A stretch of 64,000 nt of DNA, taken from the IMG/VR virus record IMGVR_UViG_3300020388_000009; one strand, 5' to 3'. Made by a program: the position numbers and the translations under genes. Origin of the DNA: a virus. Taxonomy: Duplodnaviria; Caudoviricetes. Shown piece by piece: positions 1-8,766 of the stretch. The notes under the pieces are model-generated. The model was not told the DNA's origin, ran no database searches, and worked only from the letters and a program-made list of their open reading frames with translations. Position 1 is the first letter of the stretch. The number at the start of each line of letters is the position of its first letter.

Positions 1-397
1 CTTCATATTTACCATGTTTAAGTAATTCTACCGAAGATAATATAGCTTTTTTAATTTCTTGATTTTTACAAAAATCTAATGCCTGTTCTTTAATGAATTC
101 TAAATCTGGTGCATCTGTATATCGCCATGCGTCTTTAAGATGCTCTACAACTTGAGTTTTTAGAACATCATGATCTAAATCTTCCATCTTCACTTTCATT
201 ACTTCTAATGTAGGTGATGATTTATATTCTTTATGGTATTCAAGGATTATGTCAACTATCCAGTTATTAGCTTCTGATTCGAAATATTTAGGAACCATTA
301 TATCTGATATTTGTTGTAAAAAACTTTTATCAGTTAATAAAGCCGTTATAACTTTTACTTGAAATGCATATCCGTATGAACTTAATCTATCTGTCAT
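1..397 (-). CDS. Replicative DNA helicase (DnaB/T4 gp41-like), N-terminal part, runs off window
   Basis: Not in ORF track. Manual translation from ATG at 397: MTDRLSSYGYAFQVKVITALLTDKSFLQQISDIMVPKYFESEANNWIV...LDFCKNQEIKKAI, resembling the gp41-like N-terminus; follows SSB, recombinase and exonuclease. Confidence 0.75.
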   Translation of the reverse strand, partial: MTDRLSSYGYAFQVKVITALLTDKSFLQQISDIMVPKYFESEANNWIVDIILEYHKEYKSSPTLEVMKVKMEDLDHDVLKTQVVEHLKDAWRYTDAPDLEFIKEQALDFCKNQEIKKAILSSVELLKHGKYE

Positions 398-426
398 ACT
401 TAATTATAATAATTTTTTTTCAATAA

Positions 427-1476
427 TCAAAGAGAAGTGTAAGCATTTAATGCATTGAATGAAGTATGTAACCAGGAATCTAAATCTTTTATTACCGTAT
501 ACATTTTATCTGCCATGAACATTTTCTTAAACTCATATGTATTTGTACGATCAACTTTACCTTTAACTTTATCCAGAGTTAACATTTTCGCGCCACCATG
601 TATATTAACTTCTTTTAATTGCATAAGGTCATAATTTAGTTGCAATGTTTCTTTATTTTGTAACACAGTTTCATGAACTTTATATTTCTTATCAACGTTA
701 TCCGCATATTCAACTATTTCATCAACTGTTATCTCTCTATCTTCACATATTATAGGAAAATGTTTAATCAAACTTTTTGTTCCTACACCCTTTATGCCAG
801 GAATATTATCCGATTTATCACCAATAAACGTTCTGTACAACAAGTAATTTTCAGGACTAAATCCAAATTCTTCTTTCATTAGACTTGGAGTATATAACTT
901 CTTTTTTATAGGACTCCATACTGAAATACGATCATTTACCAATTGTAAAAAATCTCTATCCGTTGATACAATAGTTGCTCTATTTTCTTTTTCTGTATAT
1001 AATTCATTGGCAATATATGCCATTATATCATCCGCTTCAACGTTATCAACTGATAATGTTGTAATTGGTAAACAATTAAGATATTGAGCCAATCTTCCAA
1101 ACTGACGGCGCATACTATCTTGTTCATCTTCTAATGAAGCAAATTCTTGATATCTATTAAATGCTGTTTTATTTGCACGATTGGCTTTGTAATTTGGATA
1201 AATTGCCTTACGACGTTTTGAACCACCTTTTCCATCAAATACAATTACACATCTAGTAGGTTTTAACTGACGGATATTGGCAGCAACGGACCGTAAAAAG
1301 CCCGTTACTCCTCCAATATGTTGTCCATCATCATTTAGAGCCGGAACGGCTGAAAACACTCTAATGAATGTATTCAGTCCGTCAATGATTAAAAGATGGC
1401 TGTCTTTACTTGACCCCGTTCCTTGCTCATGCTCCCTTTCCACTTCTCGTAGTATGTTAAGATATTTAGAATCCAT
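427..1476 (-). CDS. 5'-3' exonuclease / flap endonuclease (T4 RNase H, PolI N-terminal-like)
   Basis: Motifs LIIDGLN, VFDG, YKANR, EADD, STDRD, GDKSDNIPG. Confidence 0.92.
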   Translation of the reverse strand: MDSKYLNILREVEREHEQGTGSSKDSHLLIIDGLNTFIRVFSAVPALNDDGQHIGGVTGFLRSVAANIRQLKPTRCVIVFDGKGGSKRRKAIYPNYKANRANKTAFNRYQEFASLEDEQDSMRRQFGRLAQYLNCLPITTLSVDNVEADDIMAYIANELYTEKENRATIVSTDRDFLQLVNDRISVWSPIKKKLYTPSLMKEEFGFSPENYLLYRTFIGDKSDNIPGIKGVGTKSLIKHFPIICEDREITVDEIVEYADNVDKKYKVHETVLQNKETLQLNYDLMQLKEVNIHGGAKMLTLDKVKGKVDRTNTYEFKKMFMADKMYTVIKDLDSWLHTSFNALNAYTSL

Positions 1477-2621
1477 TAGCTTTCTTCGTTAACAAATTCT
1501 TCTGATATCGTAACATCATCTATTCCAATGTCCTCACCCGGCTTATATTTAAGTATATATGCTTCACAGATTTGAGTATATATCTCATCTTTAAGGCCGT
1601 CAAGTTCTTCTAGTTTCTTTTCAAAATCTTTTGATAAGAATTTAACTTCAGAACCATCTGCTCTAGTAAATGTATACCATGCACCTGCTGTTGCTACTAA
1701 CTTAAACTGCTTCATAATGTTTAGCCATCCACCGTAATTATCAATACCTGATTCAAAATAGATATCATAATCAACAGTTTTTAATGGCGGTCCCATTCTG
1801 TTTTTAACCACTTGGCATCTAGTCTTGATTCCGATAGCCTGATCGACTCCATCTTTCTTAACTTTGATTTGACCAACTGATTTTAATCGTAACCGTACCG
1901 AGGCATGGAATGGAATAGCTTTACCACCAGAGGTAGTATAAGGATCACCAAATGCTACTCCTAATCTAGTCCTTAATTGATTTGTAAATATTAAACAAAT
2001 CTTTTCACGGCCTATCATATTAGTAAGCTTTCGCATACCTTTTGATAAAATGATAGCTTTACTAGTTGCATAACCATCTTTATCAAATTCCTTTGCCATT
2101 TCAATTTTCGTAGAAGCACCCATTACAGAATCCACTACAATTGTAACTAAACGATCTTTATTTGATTCACGTATTTTTACAACTATACTTTCAATTGCTT
2201 CAAATATATCTTCAATAGTTTCTAATGGAACATATAACATCTTTTCAAGATCAAGTCCAATTGCTTCTAAAAACTCTCGAGAGATTGCATTTTCAGTATC
2301 AATATAAACGGCTAGGCCGCCTTCTTTTTGACAATTTGCCAATGCATGGGCTGCTAGTAACGATTTACCAGATGCTTCTAAACCTGTAATTTCAGATATT
2401 CTTCCGACTGGAAAGCCACCTTCTTTACGATTTGAAATTGCAAGATCGAGCATTGATGATCCACTACCTACCCAGCCACGTACTTCGCTAGGAGCTTTTG
2501 TATCACCGTCTAAGAAAAATGCAGTTTGATATCCTGTATTCTTAAACTTTTTATTAAGACTATCGGCTAATTCTACAGCCAAAGAGTCTGCTAACTCGCT
2601 TTTCGTTTTTGATTTTGCCAT
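1476..2621 (-). CDS. uvsX: UvsX/RecA recombinase
   Basis: Walker A GLEASGKS, YIDTENA, VVDSV, NQLR, TSGGKAIPFHASVR, KNRMGPP. Confidence 0.95.
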   Translation of the reverse strand: MAKSKTKSELADSLAVELADSLNKKFKNTGYQTAFFLDGDTKAPSEVRGWVGSGSSMLDLAISNRKEGGFPVGRISEITGLEASGKSLLAAHALANCQKEGGLAVYIDTENAISREFLEAIGLDLEKMLYVPLETIEDIFEAIESIVVKIRESNKDRLVTIVVDSVMGASTKIEMAKEFDKDGYATSKAIILSKGMRKLTNMIGREKICLIFTNQLRTRLGVAFGDPYTTSGGKAIPFHASVRLRLKSVGQIKVKKDGVDQAIGIKTRCQVVKNRMGPPLKTVDYDIYFESGIDNYGGWLNIMKQFKLVATAGAWYTFTRADGSEVKFLSKDFEKKLEELDGLKDEIYTQICEAYILKYKPGEDIGIDDVTISEEFVNEES

Positions 2622-2631
2622 TTATAGCCTT

Positions 2632-3405
2632 TTAGTCGTTGAATAACTCATCAAATGCAGCAGATACATCATCTACTTTATTGACACCAGCTGGAGCCGG
2701 TTCTGGAGCTTTTTGAGTTGTAACTGGTTCTGCTGTAGCCGTTTCTGTTTCTCCTTCAGGATTCAGATACGTTTCTAGAGCAGCTTTAAGATCATCATAT
2801 GATGGTTCTTTAAAAATTACTGCCAAATCTGGTTGCTGTTTCGCAACACGTTCTGCAACATTTTTATCTTCTGTCATCATAGTGACATTAGGCTTTACAC
2901 GAATTGATGTTTTTGGATATTGACCAGGACCATCTGCTGGAGTAAATTCTACTACAATGTCACGTCCGCCACTTGGATCTGTAATATCGCCATAATCAGG
3001 ATCTGTAATAAATCCTAATAGCTCTTGATAAACAGTTTTACCAAATCCCCACATCTTAACGCCTTCAGATTCTTTACCTCTTACAATTACCGGAACATAT
3101 GTTCTCATCTTAGGTTCCATCTGTTTACCTAGTTTCCATTCATCTGAATTACCAGATGCTTTTAACTTTTCACAGAACTCCACTACTGGATCTGGTTTTC
3201 CGTTTGTAACTGGAGATAAGTAATTTTTCTTACCTAAGTTGTAATGAAAATAAAGTTCTTGGAATGGATTATCTCTATCATGCTGATAAGGTACAATTCT
3301 TACTACTTGCTTGCCAGGTTCTGGCTTCCAGAGATTGTCGCGACGAGCGCCGGTTGTTTGTAATTGATTAAGTTTCGCTTTAATTGCGTCTAAATTAATT
3401 GCCAT
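2632..3405 (-). CDS. gp32: Single-stranded DNA-binding protein, gp32-like
   Basis: WKP..G...VRIVP, WGFGKTVY, DITDP..GRD, acidic C-terminus ending AFDELFND; adjacent to uvsX. Confidence 0.88.
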   Translation of the reverse strand: MAINLDAIKAKLNQLQTTGARRDNLWKPEPGKQVVRIVPYQHDRDNPFQELYFHYNLGKKNYLSPVTNGKPDPVVEFCEKLKASGNSDEWKLGKQMEPKMRTYVPVIVRGKESEGVKMWGFGKTVYQELLGFITDPDYGDITDPSGGRDIVVEFTPADGPGQYPKTSIRVKPNVTMMTEDKNVAERVAKQQPDLAVIFKEPSYDDLKAALETYLNPEGETETATAEPVTTQKAPEPAPAGVNKVDDVSAAFDELFND

Positions 3406-3447
3406 TTTTTTCCTTTTTTAATTATTAATGGTTATTTATTATTTGTT

Positions 3448-3477
3448 AATATAAGAAACTTATTTCACTCTACCAAA
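3448..3477 (-). promoter_or_regulatory. Class E promoter (TTWGG-N5-TGARAW-N7-TTATMTT) for gp32
   Basis: TTTGG tagag TGAAAT aagtttc TTATATT. Confidence 0.7.
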
Positions 3478-3521
3478 GGTTTTTTGAAAAAAGTTTAAAT
3501 TTATTTGTTATTTGTTATTTG

Positions 3522-3758
3522 TTAAGCTATTGTCCATTGTCTAACACCAGACACTACATTTACCGCAGTAACGCGCCATGGTATTTTAAATGCTTGTAAA
3601 AATTCATTTGTATCTGCGACTGTTGTTTTCATTACAAATGTTTCTGCTAAACCATATGGATAACCGAACCAAGTATCCCATTTTTCTAATGCTTGAGATT
3701 CTGTGATAATATCACCGGGATTAAATGCTTTGAAATCTGCTGAATATACATCTGCCAT
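3522..3758 (-). CDS. Hypothetical protein (78 aa)
   Basis: ATG-led ORF preceded by both promoter classes. Confidence 0.6.
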   Translation of the reverse strand: MADVYSADFKAFNPGDIITESQALEKWDTWFGYPYGLAETFVMKTTVADTNEFLQAFKIPWRVTAVNVVSGVRQWTIA

Positions 3759-3781
3759 AACTTACTCTTTTATTTAATATA

Positions 3782-3811
3782 AATATAATGAATAGTTTTC
3801 AATTATCCTAA
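3782..3811 (-). promoter_or_regulatory. Class E promoter for 78-aa gene, overlapping a late motif
   Basis: TTAGG ataat TGAAAA ctattca TTATATT. Confidence 0.6.
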
Positions 3812-3816
3812 TTAAT

Positions 3817-4824
3817 CTACTTTGATGTTTCTACGAATTCAACATCATCATACTTAACCTCTACACTTTCGCCGTCATCTGTAAGACCAAAAAAGGACTC
3901 TGAGTCATTTGGATCAAATCCAGTAAGTTCTAATGAGACAAAAAATCCACTTTCAACTATTTTTTCTCCTCCAACAAAAGCTAAGGCACTATCATCTTTA
4001 CGAGCAATGTCTGATAAGGTTTTATAATCGAATGGTCCATTAACTCGGTCTTCATTGATTAGGCTTGCATCATTAGACATTGGCCGGCCTTTAAAAAGTT
4101 TTGCGTACTGTTCTTTTAACATTTTCGGTTTCTTAGTCGTTCTTTTACTTTCGTTTAAATTTTGTTCGCCCATATAATCATTAATAGCATCTATAATATC
4201 TTCATATGCTTCAATACTTTCATCTTCTACATTCCCCTCGTTTGCATCATAAACAGTGGTAAATATTGCACCATCACCTAAATATTCTTGAGTCGCCGTC
4301 CATTTTTCTCCATCCCAAGTACCTTCATATTCAACTTCTCCTTCATATCCAGAATCATTATCCGAAGGCTCTCTCATATCATCATGATCTTTCACTTCTA
4401 TTTTACCAGGTCCGGAGCCGTATATCTTTAATGGTCCTTTGGTACCGGTAGTTATAGATGTTAATCCCGTATATTTATCCATTCCATATACCCGGTTTAT
4501 CTCATCCTCATTATCCTTCACATACTTTTCAATAGTCCTAAAAACATCTTTTGGATCGCGAGTTATCTGAGATGGTGAAATACTTTGATTTTGATCGTCC
4601 ATATAATGCCATTCAGCGTAATCAGTATCGCCTGTTGCAACCTTGTACGTTTTTCCATTTGCTTCAATGAAGAAAATTAGCTTCTTGTAATGATTTTCGC
4701 CATGGTCTGTAACTTTAATTGCGGCTTCTGTAATTGGGGTTTCTGTAATTAGACTTGCATCATTAGACATTGACCGGCCTTTAAATAGTCTTGCATACTG
4801 TTCTTTTAACATTTTCTTTTTCAT
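3817..4824 (-). CDS. Probable internal head protein with duplicated N-terminal leader
   Basis: MLKEQYA(R/K)LFKGR(S/P)MSNDASLI occurs twice; several (L/I)xE sites; acidic. Confidence 0.55.
   Translation of the reverse strand: MKKKMLKEQYARLFKGRSMSNDASLITETPITEAAIKVTDHGENHYKKLIFFIEANGKTYKVATGDTDYAEWHYMDDQNQSISPSQITRDPKDVFRTIEKYVKDNEDEINRVYGMDKYTGLTSITTGTKGPLKIYGSGPGKIEVKDHDDMREPSDNDSGYEGEVEYEGTWDGEKWTATQEYLGDGAIFTTVYDANEGNVEDESIEAYEDIIDAINDYMGEQNLNESKRTTKKPKMLKEQYAKLFKGRPMSNDASLINEDRVNGPFDYKTLSDIARKDDSALAFVGGEKIVESGFFVSLELTGFDPNDSESFFGLTDDGESVEVKYDDVEFVETSK
4058..4816. repeat. 69-bp direct repeat (4058-4126 and 4748-4816)
   Basis: Manual alignment shows 5 mismatches. Confidence 0.9.
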
Positions 4825-5090
4825 TATCTGTATTGTCCTGTTTTAATTGCCTTTATTTGTTGCATCATAGCAGCTTTATCATCTCCTAAATCGTAAAGAA
4901 ACTCTTTCACTTCATCGTTATAAGCAGCAAATGGTCGTTCAGCTTCTGAATCTATGTTCATGCGTATAAAGTTGCCATACTCTTGTTTGTCCATATCCAT
5001 TACCATGTCTTCTAATTGCACACTCATGGCAAATAACGGATCTGCTGAAAGCGGATTATTTTCTTTTAATAGTGATTTTAATCGTATCAT
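4824..5090 (-). CDS. Probable internal head protein (MIRLKSLLKE leader)
   Basis: Leader resembles head-module ORF MSRIKLSKLLKE; late motif and AGGA upstream. Confidence 0.55.
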   Translation of the reverse strand: MIRLKSLLKENNPLSADPLFAMSVQLEDMVMDMDKQEYGNFIRMNIDSEAERPFAAYNDEVKEFLYDLGDDKAAMMQQIKAIKTGQYR

Positions 5091-5118
5091 ATGGTTCCTA
5101 ATTTAATATAAATATATG

Positions 5119-5505
5119 TTACAAATCAATTCTTTTGAATAAATTCAAATGAATATGACGCACATCATTTCCGTCATTTAACATCAGCGAATTTTCATAT
5201 ACCGGCCAATTAATAATAAACTTTTTATCTAATACACCGTTATTTGTTTTTCTGATAATTGCATTCAATGCATTTACCGTGTATAATGTGTTAGTTTCTT
5301 TTTTTCTATGTATCATTATGGTATTTGGTGTTTTACCATAATCATCTGGTTCCACGTTATAAGTTACGTATAAGTCTGATCGGTTATCCGCATCCTCAAA
5401 CACAAATAATCTCTTTTCTGAAATAATATATGACTTTGCCACATAATCTGCCACCAACTCCAAATCTCTTTTATGTGCAAAAGTGCATAATAATTGTGTT
5501 TTCAA
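5119..5505 (-). CDS. Hypothetical phage protein (QLLCTF...HRKKETNTLYT.NALN)
   Basis: TTG start; fills the gap between neighbours; globular composition. Confidence 0.7.
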   Translation of the reverse strand: MKTQLLCTFAHKRDLELVADYVAKSYIISEKRLFVFEDADNRSDLYVTYNVEPDDYGKTPNTIMIHRKKETNTLYTVNALNAIIRKTNNGVLDKKFIINWPVYENSLMLNDGNDVRHIHLNLFKRIDL

Positions 5506-5508
5506 ATT

Positions 5509-6801
5509 TTATCCTTGTACTGCTAAATATTTGTATTTAGACATATTCATTTTTTCTTTCAAAGCAAATCTATAATTACCTCTAGTAACATGTGTTATAA
5601 CCCACTTTGACCAATCACCTTTATCTGTAAAATTAGGTTTTGGATTGCCCATAGAATACCATATCAATCCTTTTACATTATCAAAAAAGTCTTTTGTAAT
5701 AGTATTAAGTTCTTGTACCATTTGATTAGGATCTTTGACAAATGGATGTCTTTCTAATCTTTTAAACCAAATCATAGCATTTTGACTTTCATTATCAATC
5801 ACATCACCAACATTTATAGAAATTGCCTTGTCAGCACCAGATGATTTTGTAATTTTTTCGGCATCATCTGGTGATATAAAAAAGCTAGTTTTTTCTCCGT
5901 CTTGATTAACAGTAACACGCGCATCTTGTACATCTGTGTCTAATTTAGATTTATAAAAGATTTGATTCAATAAAACAAAACCTTGATACATATTTGACAT
6001 TGGCACATATGATACTTCTCTAAATATTCGTATTTTCTCATCAGGTATAGGTATAAAATATTCTTGTAATGTATCAACTAATTTTTCTAACGAATCCAAA
6101 GAACTTTCTTCAACTAACGGTTTTAATGTTTCAAATAAATCTGGACCTAATGGATCTGTTCTCATAGGCGAAACTGTGTCTCTGAAAAAATCTTGTAATG
6201 TATATGTTAAATCAAATTTTGTTGCCATACCATCTTTCGCAGGATCAAAATTAAAGTTTTTGGTTAATTCTTTAACTTCATAATCTCCATCTGCCATTAC
6301 AATATCTTTTTTACCAGTACCTCCTGTTTTAGTTTTATCAATCGCTAATAGGATCTGCATTTCTCCTCTACCTAATCCTTTAGTTTCGCCAATTGGTGCA
6401 AAAAACTTTTCATAAACTTTCCATCCATTACTTAAAAATTTAGATAAATTTTGTTTACGTAAATTATCTTGGAAATCTTGTTTTTCTTTTTCATTTAATT
6501 TTTCATAGGTAGCTAAAATTGTATTTACTTGAGCTTGTGCTAGACCCGCTTCTTTAGACATAACATCGGATAAATACGGAACAAATTCTTCATCAGCAGT
6601 TGCCTCTTTAACTGGCTTTGCATCATGAAATGCTTGATCTAACTGATCTACTTCTTTTGCAAATATAGAACCATTCACATCATTCTCTGTGAGAACTTTA
6701 TGTAATACGTCCATTTCTTTTTTTGAATAAGGGGCTGTTGCATATCCATTAGGAAGTCGGTAAAACCATTCGCGTATAATGCTTTCTTTATTCATAAACA
6801 C
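5509..6801 (-). CDS. Putative PD-(D/E)xK nuclease-like protein with head-protein-like N-terminus (start may be ATG at 6795)
   Basis: GLGRGE...KDIVMADGDYEVKE motif; N-terminal IIREWFYRLPNGY; late motif upstream. Confidence 0.45.
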   Translation of the reverse strand: MFMNKESIIREWFYRLPNGYATAPYSKKEMDVLHKVLTENDVNGSIFAKEVDQLDQAFHDAKPVKEATADEEFVPYLSDVMSKEAGLAQAQVNTILATYEKLNEKEKQDFQDNLRKQNLSKFLSNGWKVYEKFFAPIGETKGLGRGEMQILLAIDKTKTGGTGKKDIVMADGDYEVKELTKNFNFDPAKDGMATKFDLTYTLQDFFRDTVSPMRTDPLGPDLFETLKPLVEESSLDSLEKLVDTLQEYFIPIPDEKIRIFREVSYVPMSNMYQGFVLLNQIFYKSKLDTDVQDARVTVNQDGEKTSFFISPDDAEKITKSSGADKAISINVGDVIDNESQNAMIWFKRLERHPFVKDPNQMVQELNTITKDFFDNVKGLIWYSMGNPKPNFTDKGDWSKWVITHVTRGNYRFALKEKMNMSKYKYLAVQG

Positions 6802-6818
6802 TTTCTTTTAAATAAATA

Positions 6819-8168
6819 TTAAACAATTTTAGAAGTCATGTCTGTCATGGCATGGTAATTTACCCCAGCTTTAATTTTAACCGGGAATTTACCAGCTTTA
6901 CTCATTACTGTACGTAACTTTATTAACAAATCTTTACCATCTGATACGTCGTAGTCAAATAATAACGAATCATAGGTATATAAAATTAATTTTGTGTTAT
7001 ATTCTGATAACAATTCATTTACTTCATTAATCACTGATAAATTATATTCTGTTTCAGATGCTTGAAGCATATAATTAAACAATTTATTAGGATTCATTTC
7101 ATGCAAATGTTTTTTATATAAAGGCCGTTTCATTAACGGAGTTTTAATATAACCTTTTGCTTTAAATATCTTCCATAAGAACTCTATAAACTGCTTTGTT
7201 TTTCCAAAAAACGGTACTTTTGCAAAGTCTTTGTCAATACCTCCATATAATAATCGGAATGTAATTTTTTTGGAGTCTTCATATTCTTGTTCTGATATAT
7301 CTTCTTTACCAAAATATTGTCGTGCAAAATATTCATGTATAGACCCTGCAGGTAAATCATATCCTATGATATCAGCAATAAGTCTAGGGTGATATGCATC
7401 AAAGTCCATTTCAATCAACATACCACGTTCCCATCGACTTACAAATGATTCACGGCATCCATCATCTTTATTCAATGCAGCATAATTTACTCCACCAAAT
7501 TTATTGGATGGTCTACCAGTAGTAGTCCATATATTATATTCTGTCTGTGCTTTATTATATTTTATACCATTTGCTTTGAAATGTGATACAAATTTTCCAT
7601 AATCTACTTGCAATCCAGATCTTTCAATTGATGCAAAATTATCCGTTACTACCTGTTCATATTCTTCAAAATCTTTTGTCTTTTCAAATGTATTATATGA
7701 CTTCATAAACTCTTCACGCATTGCAATACACCGTTCTATATGGCATGTCATTGGCAACCAATCATATGTATTAGTTTCATTATGCCACCACCGGTTCCAA
7801 ACATCATGAGCAACTGTATTTGTTTCGTTTAGCGGTAACATTCGATGAGATTGCCACCATTCTACCATATCCGCATCATAACACTTTATACCGGTAAAAT
7901 TAACGAATCGCTTTTTGGCTAAAACATAGATATCATGAAGACTAGTAAGGTCTTGTAGACGTTCGATATTGAGGTTTAAACAATCCATATGATGGAATGG
8001 AACAATATAATCAACGTCATTTACAATTGAATAAATGTATATAAAACATATGCGAGTATTTGTATAATGCTGAAAAGGATCTGAATATATTGGTATCCAG
8101 AATGATGCTCCGGCTTCAAGTGATATTAATACTTGTTGTAACTCTATTTCATCTTCGATTATCTGCAT
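6819..8168 (-). CDS. polA: Short family A DNA polymerase (likely start ATG at 8168 rather than TTG at 8177)
   Basis: TTTGRPS, motif A EMDFDAYHPRL, motif B SKKITFRLLYG, NYMLQASE, motif C YTYDSLLFD; the promoter box overlaps 8177. Confidence 0.85.
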   Translation of the reverse strand: MQIIEDEIELQQVLISLEAGASFWIPIYSDPFQHYTNTRICFIYIYSIVNDVDYIVPFHHMDCLNLNIERLQDLTSLHDIYVLAKKRFVNFTGIKCYDADMVEWWQSHRMLPLNETNTVAHDVWNRWWHNETNTYDWLPMTCHIERCIAMREEFMKSYNTFEKTKDFEEYEQVVTDNFASIERSGLQVDYGKFVSHFKANGIKYNKAQTEYNIWTTTGRPSNKFGGVNYAALNKDDGCRESFVSRWERGMLIEMDFDAYHPRLIADIIGYDLPAGSIHEYFARQYFGKEDISEQEYEDSKKITFRLLYGGIDKDFAKVPFFGKTKQFIEFLWKIFKAKGYIKTPLMKRPLYKKHLHEMNPNKLFNYMLQASETEYNLSVINEVNELLSEYNTKLILYTYDSLLFDYDVSDGKDLLIKLRTVMSKAGKFPVKIKAGVNYHAMTDMTSKIV

Positions 8169-8175
8169 GTATAGC

Positions 8176-8205
8176 AATATAAGAAAAATATTTCATATAA
8201 CCAAA
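8176..8205 (-). promoter_or_regulatory. Class E promoter for polA
   Basis: TTTGG ttata TGAAAT atttttc TTATATT. Confidence 0.7.
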
Positions 8206-8210
8206 TGTAA

Positions 8211-8765
8211 TTACTTATAAAATTCTATTAAATCTGTTAAATAAAAACTTAATTCTGGAATATTTGAATTAAATATAACTCTTTCATTAGCTGCGCGTAC
8301 TGAATCTATAGGTCCGGATATTGACCATATAATTAACGCTTTATTATATAATCCAGCATCAATGCCAATTTTATTTCCAGCATTTATTGATTTATACGAA
8401 TCTTTATTAATTTCTATAATTTCAGATAAATCATTTTTTTGTTGTACAAAATACCTAGTAAAATTAGCTAATTCATAATCAGCATTTGTCAATTCCGGAT
8501 AATGATATTTTGGAGCTTGATAATTATTAAATCGTGCACCAGTTAGTTCAAAATATATACCAGTTTTTTCTGATTCTGTTGCCTGAGAATATTCTAAAAG
8601 TTCAACACTATAATCATTAAATGTTGCTTCTGAATATACTGCACCATTAGGATATCGATGATATACACCTATATATTCCTCATTATCTAAAGTCATATAT
8701 TCTTTGCCTTTAGTATAAAATCCGGTTTCTATTTTAAATTTAGGTGTATATACAGGTCGTTTCAT
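8211..8765 (-). CDS. Hypothetical virion/baseplate-associated protein
   Basis: End of baseplate operon; YTKGKEY...YIGVYH, FTRYFVQQKN. Confidence 0.5.
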   Translation of the reverse strand: MKRPVYTPKFKIETGFYTKGKEYMTLDNEEYIGVYHRYPNGAVYSEATFNDYSVELLEYSQATESEKTGIYFELTGARFNNYQAPKYHYPELTNADYELANFTRYFVQQKNDLSEIIEINKDSYKSINAGNKIGIDAGLYNKALIIWSISGPIDSVRAANERVIFNSNIPELSFYLTDLIEFYK

Positions 8766-8766
8766 A

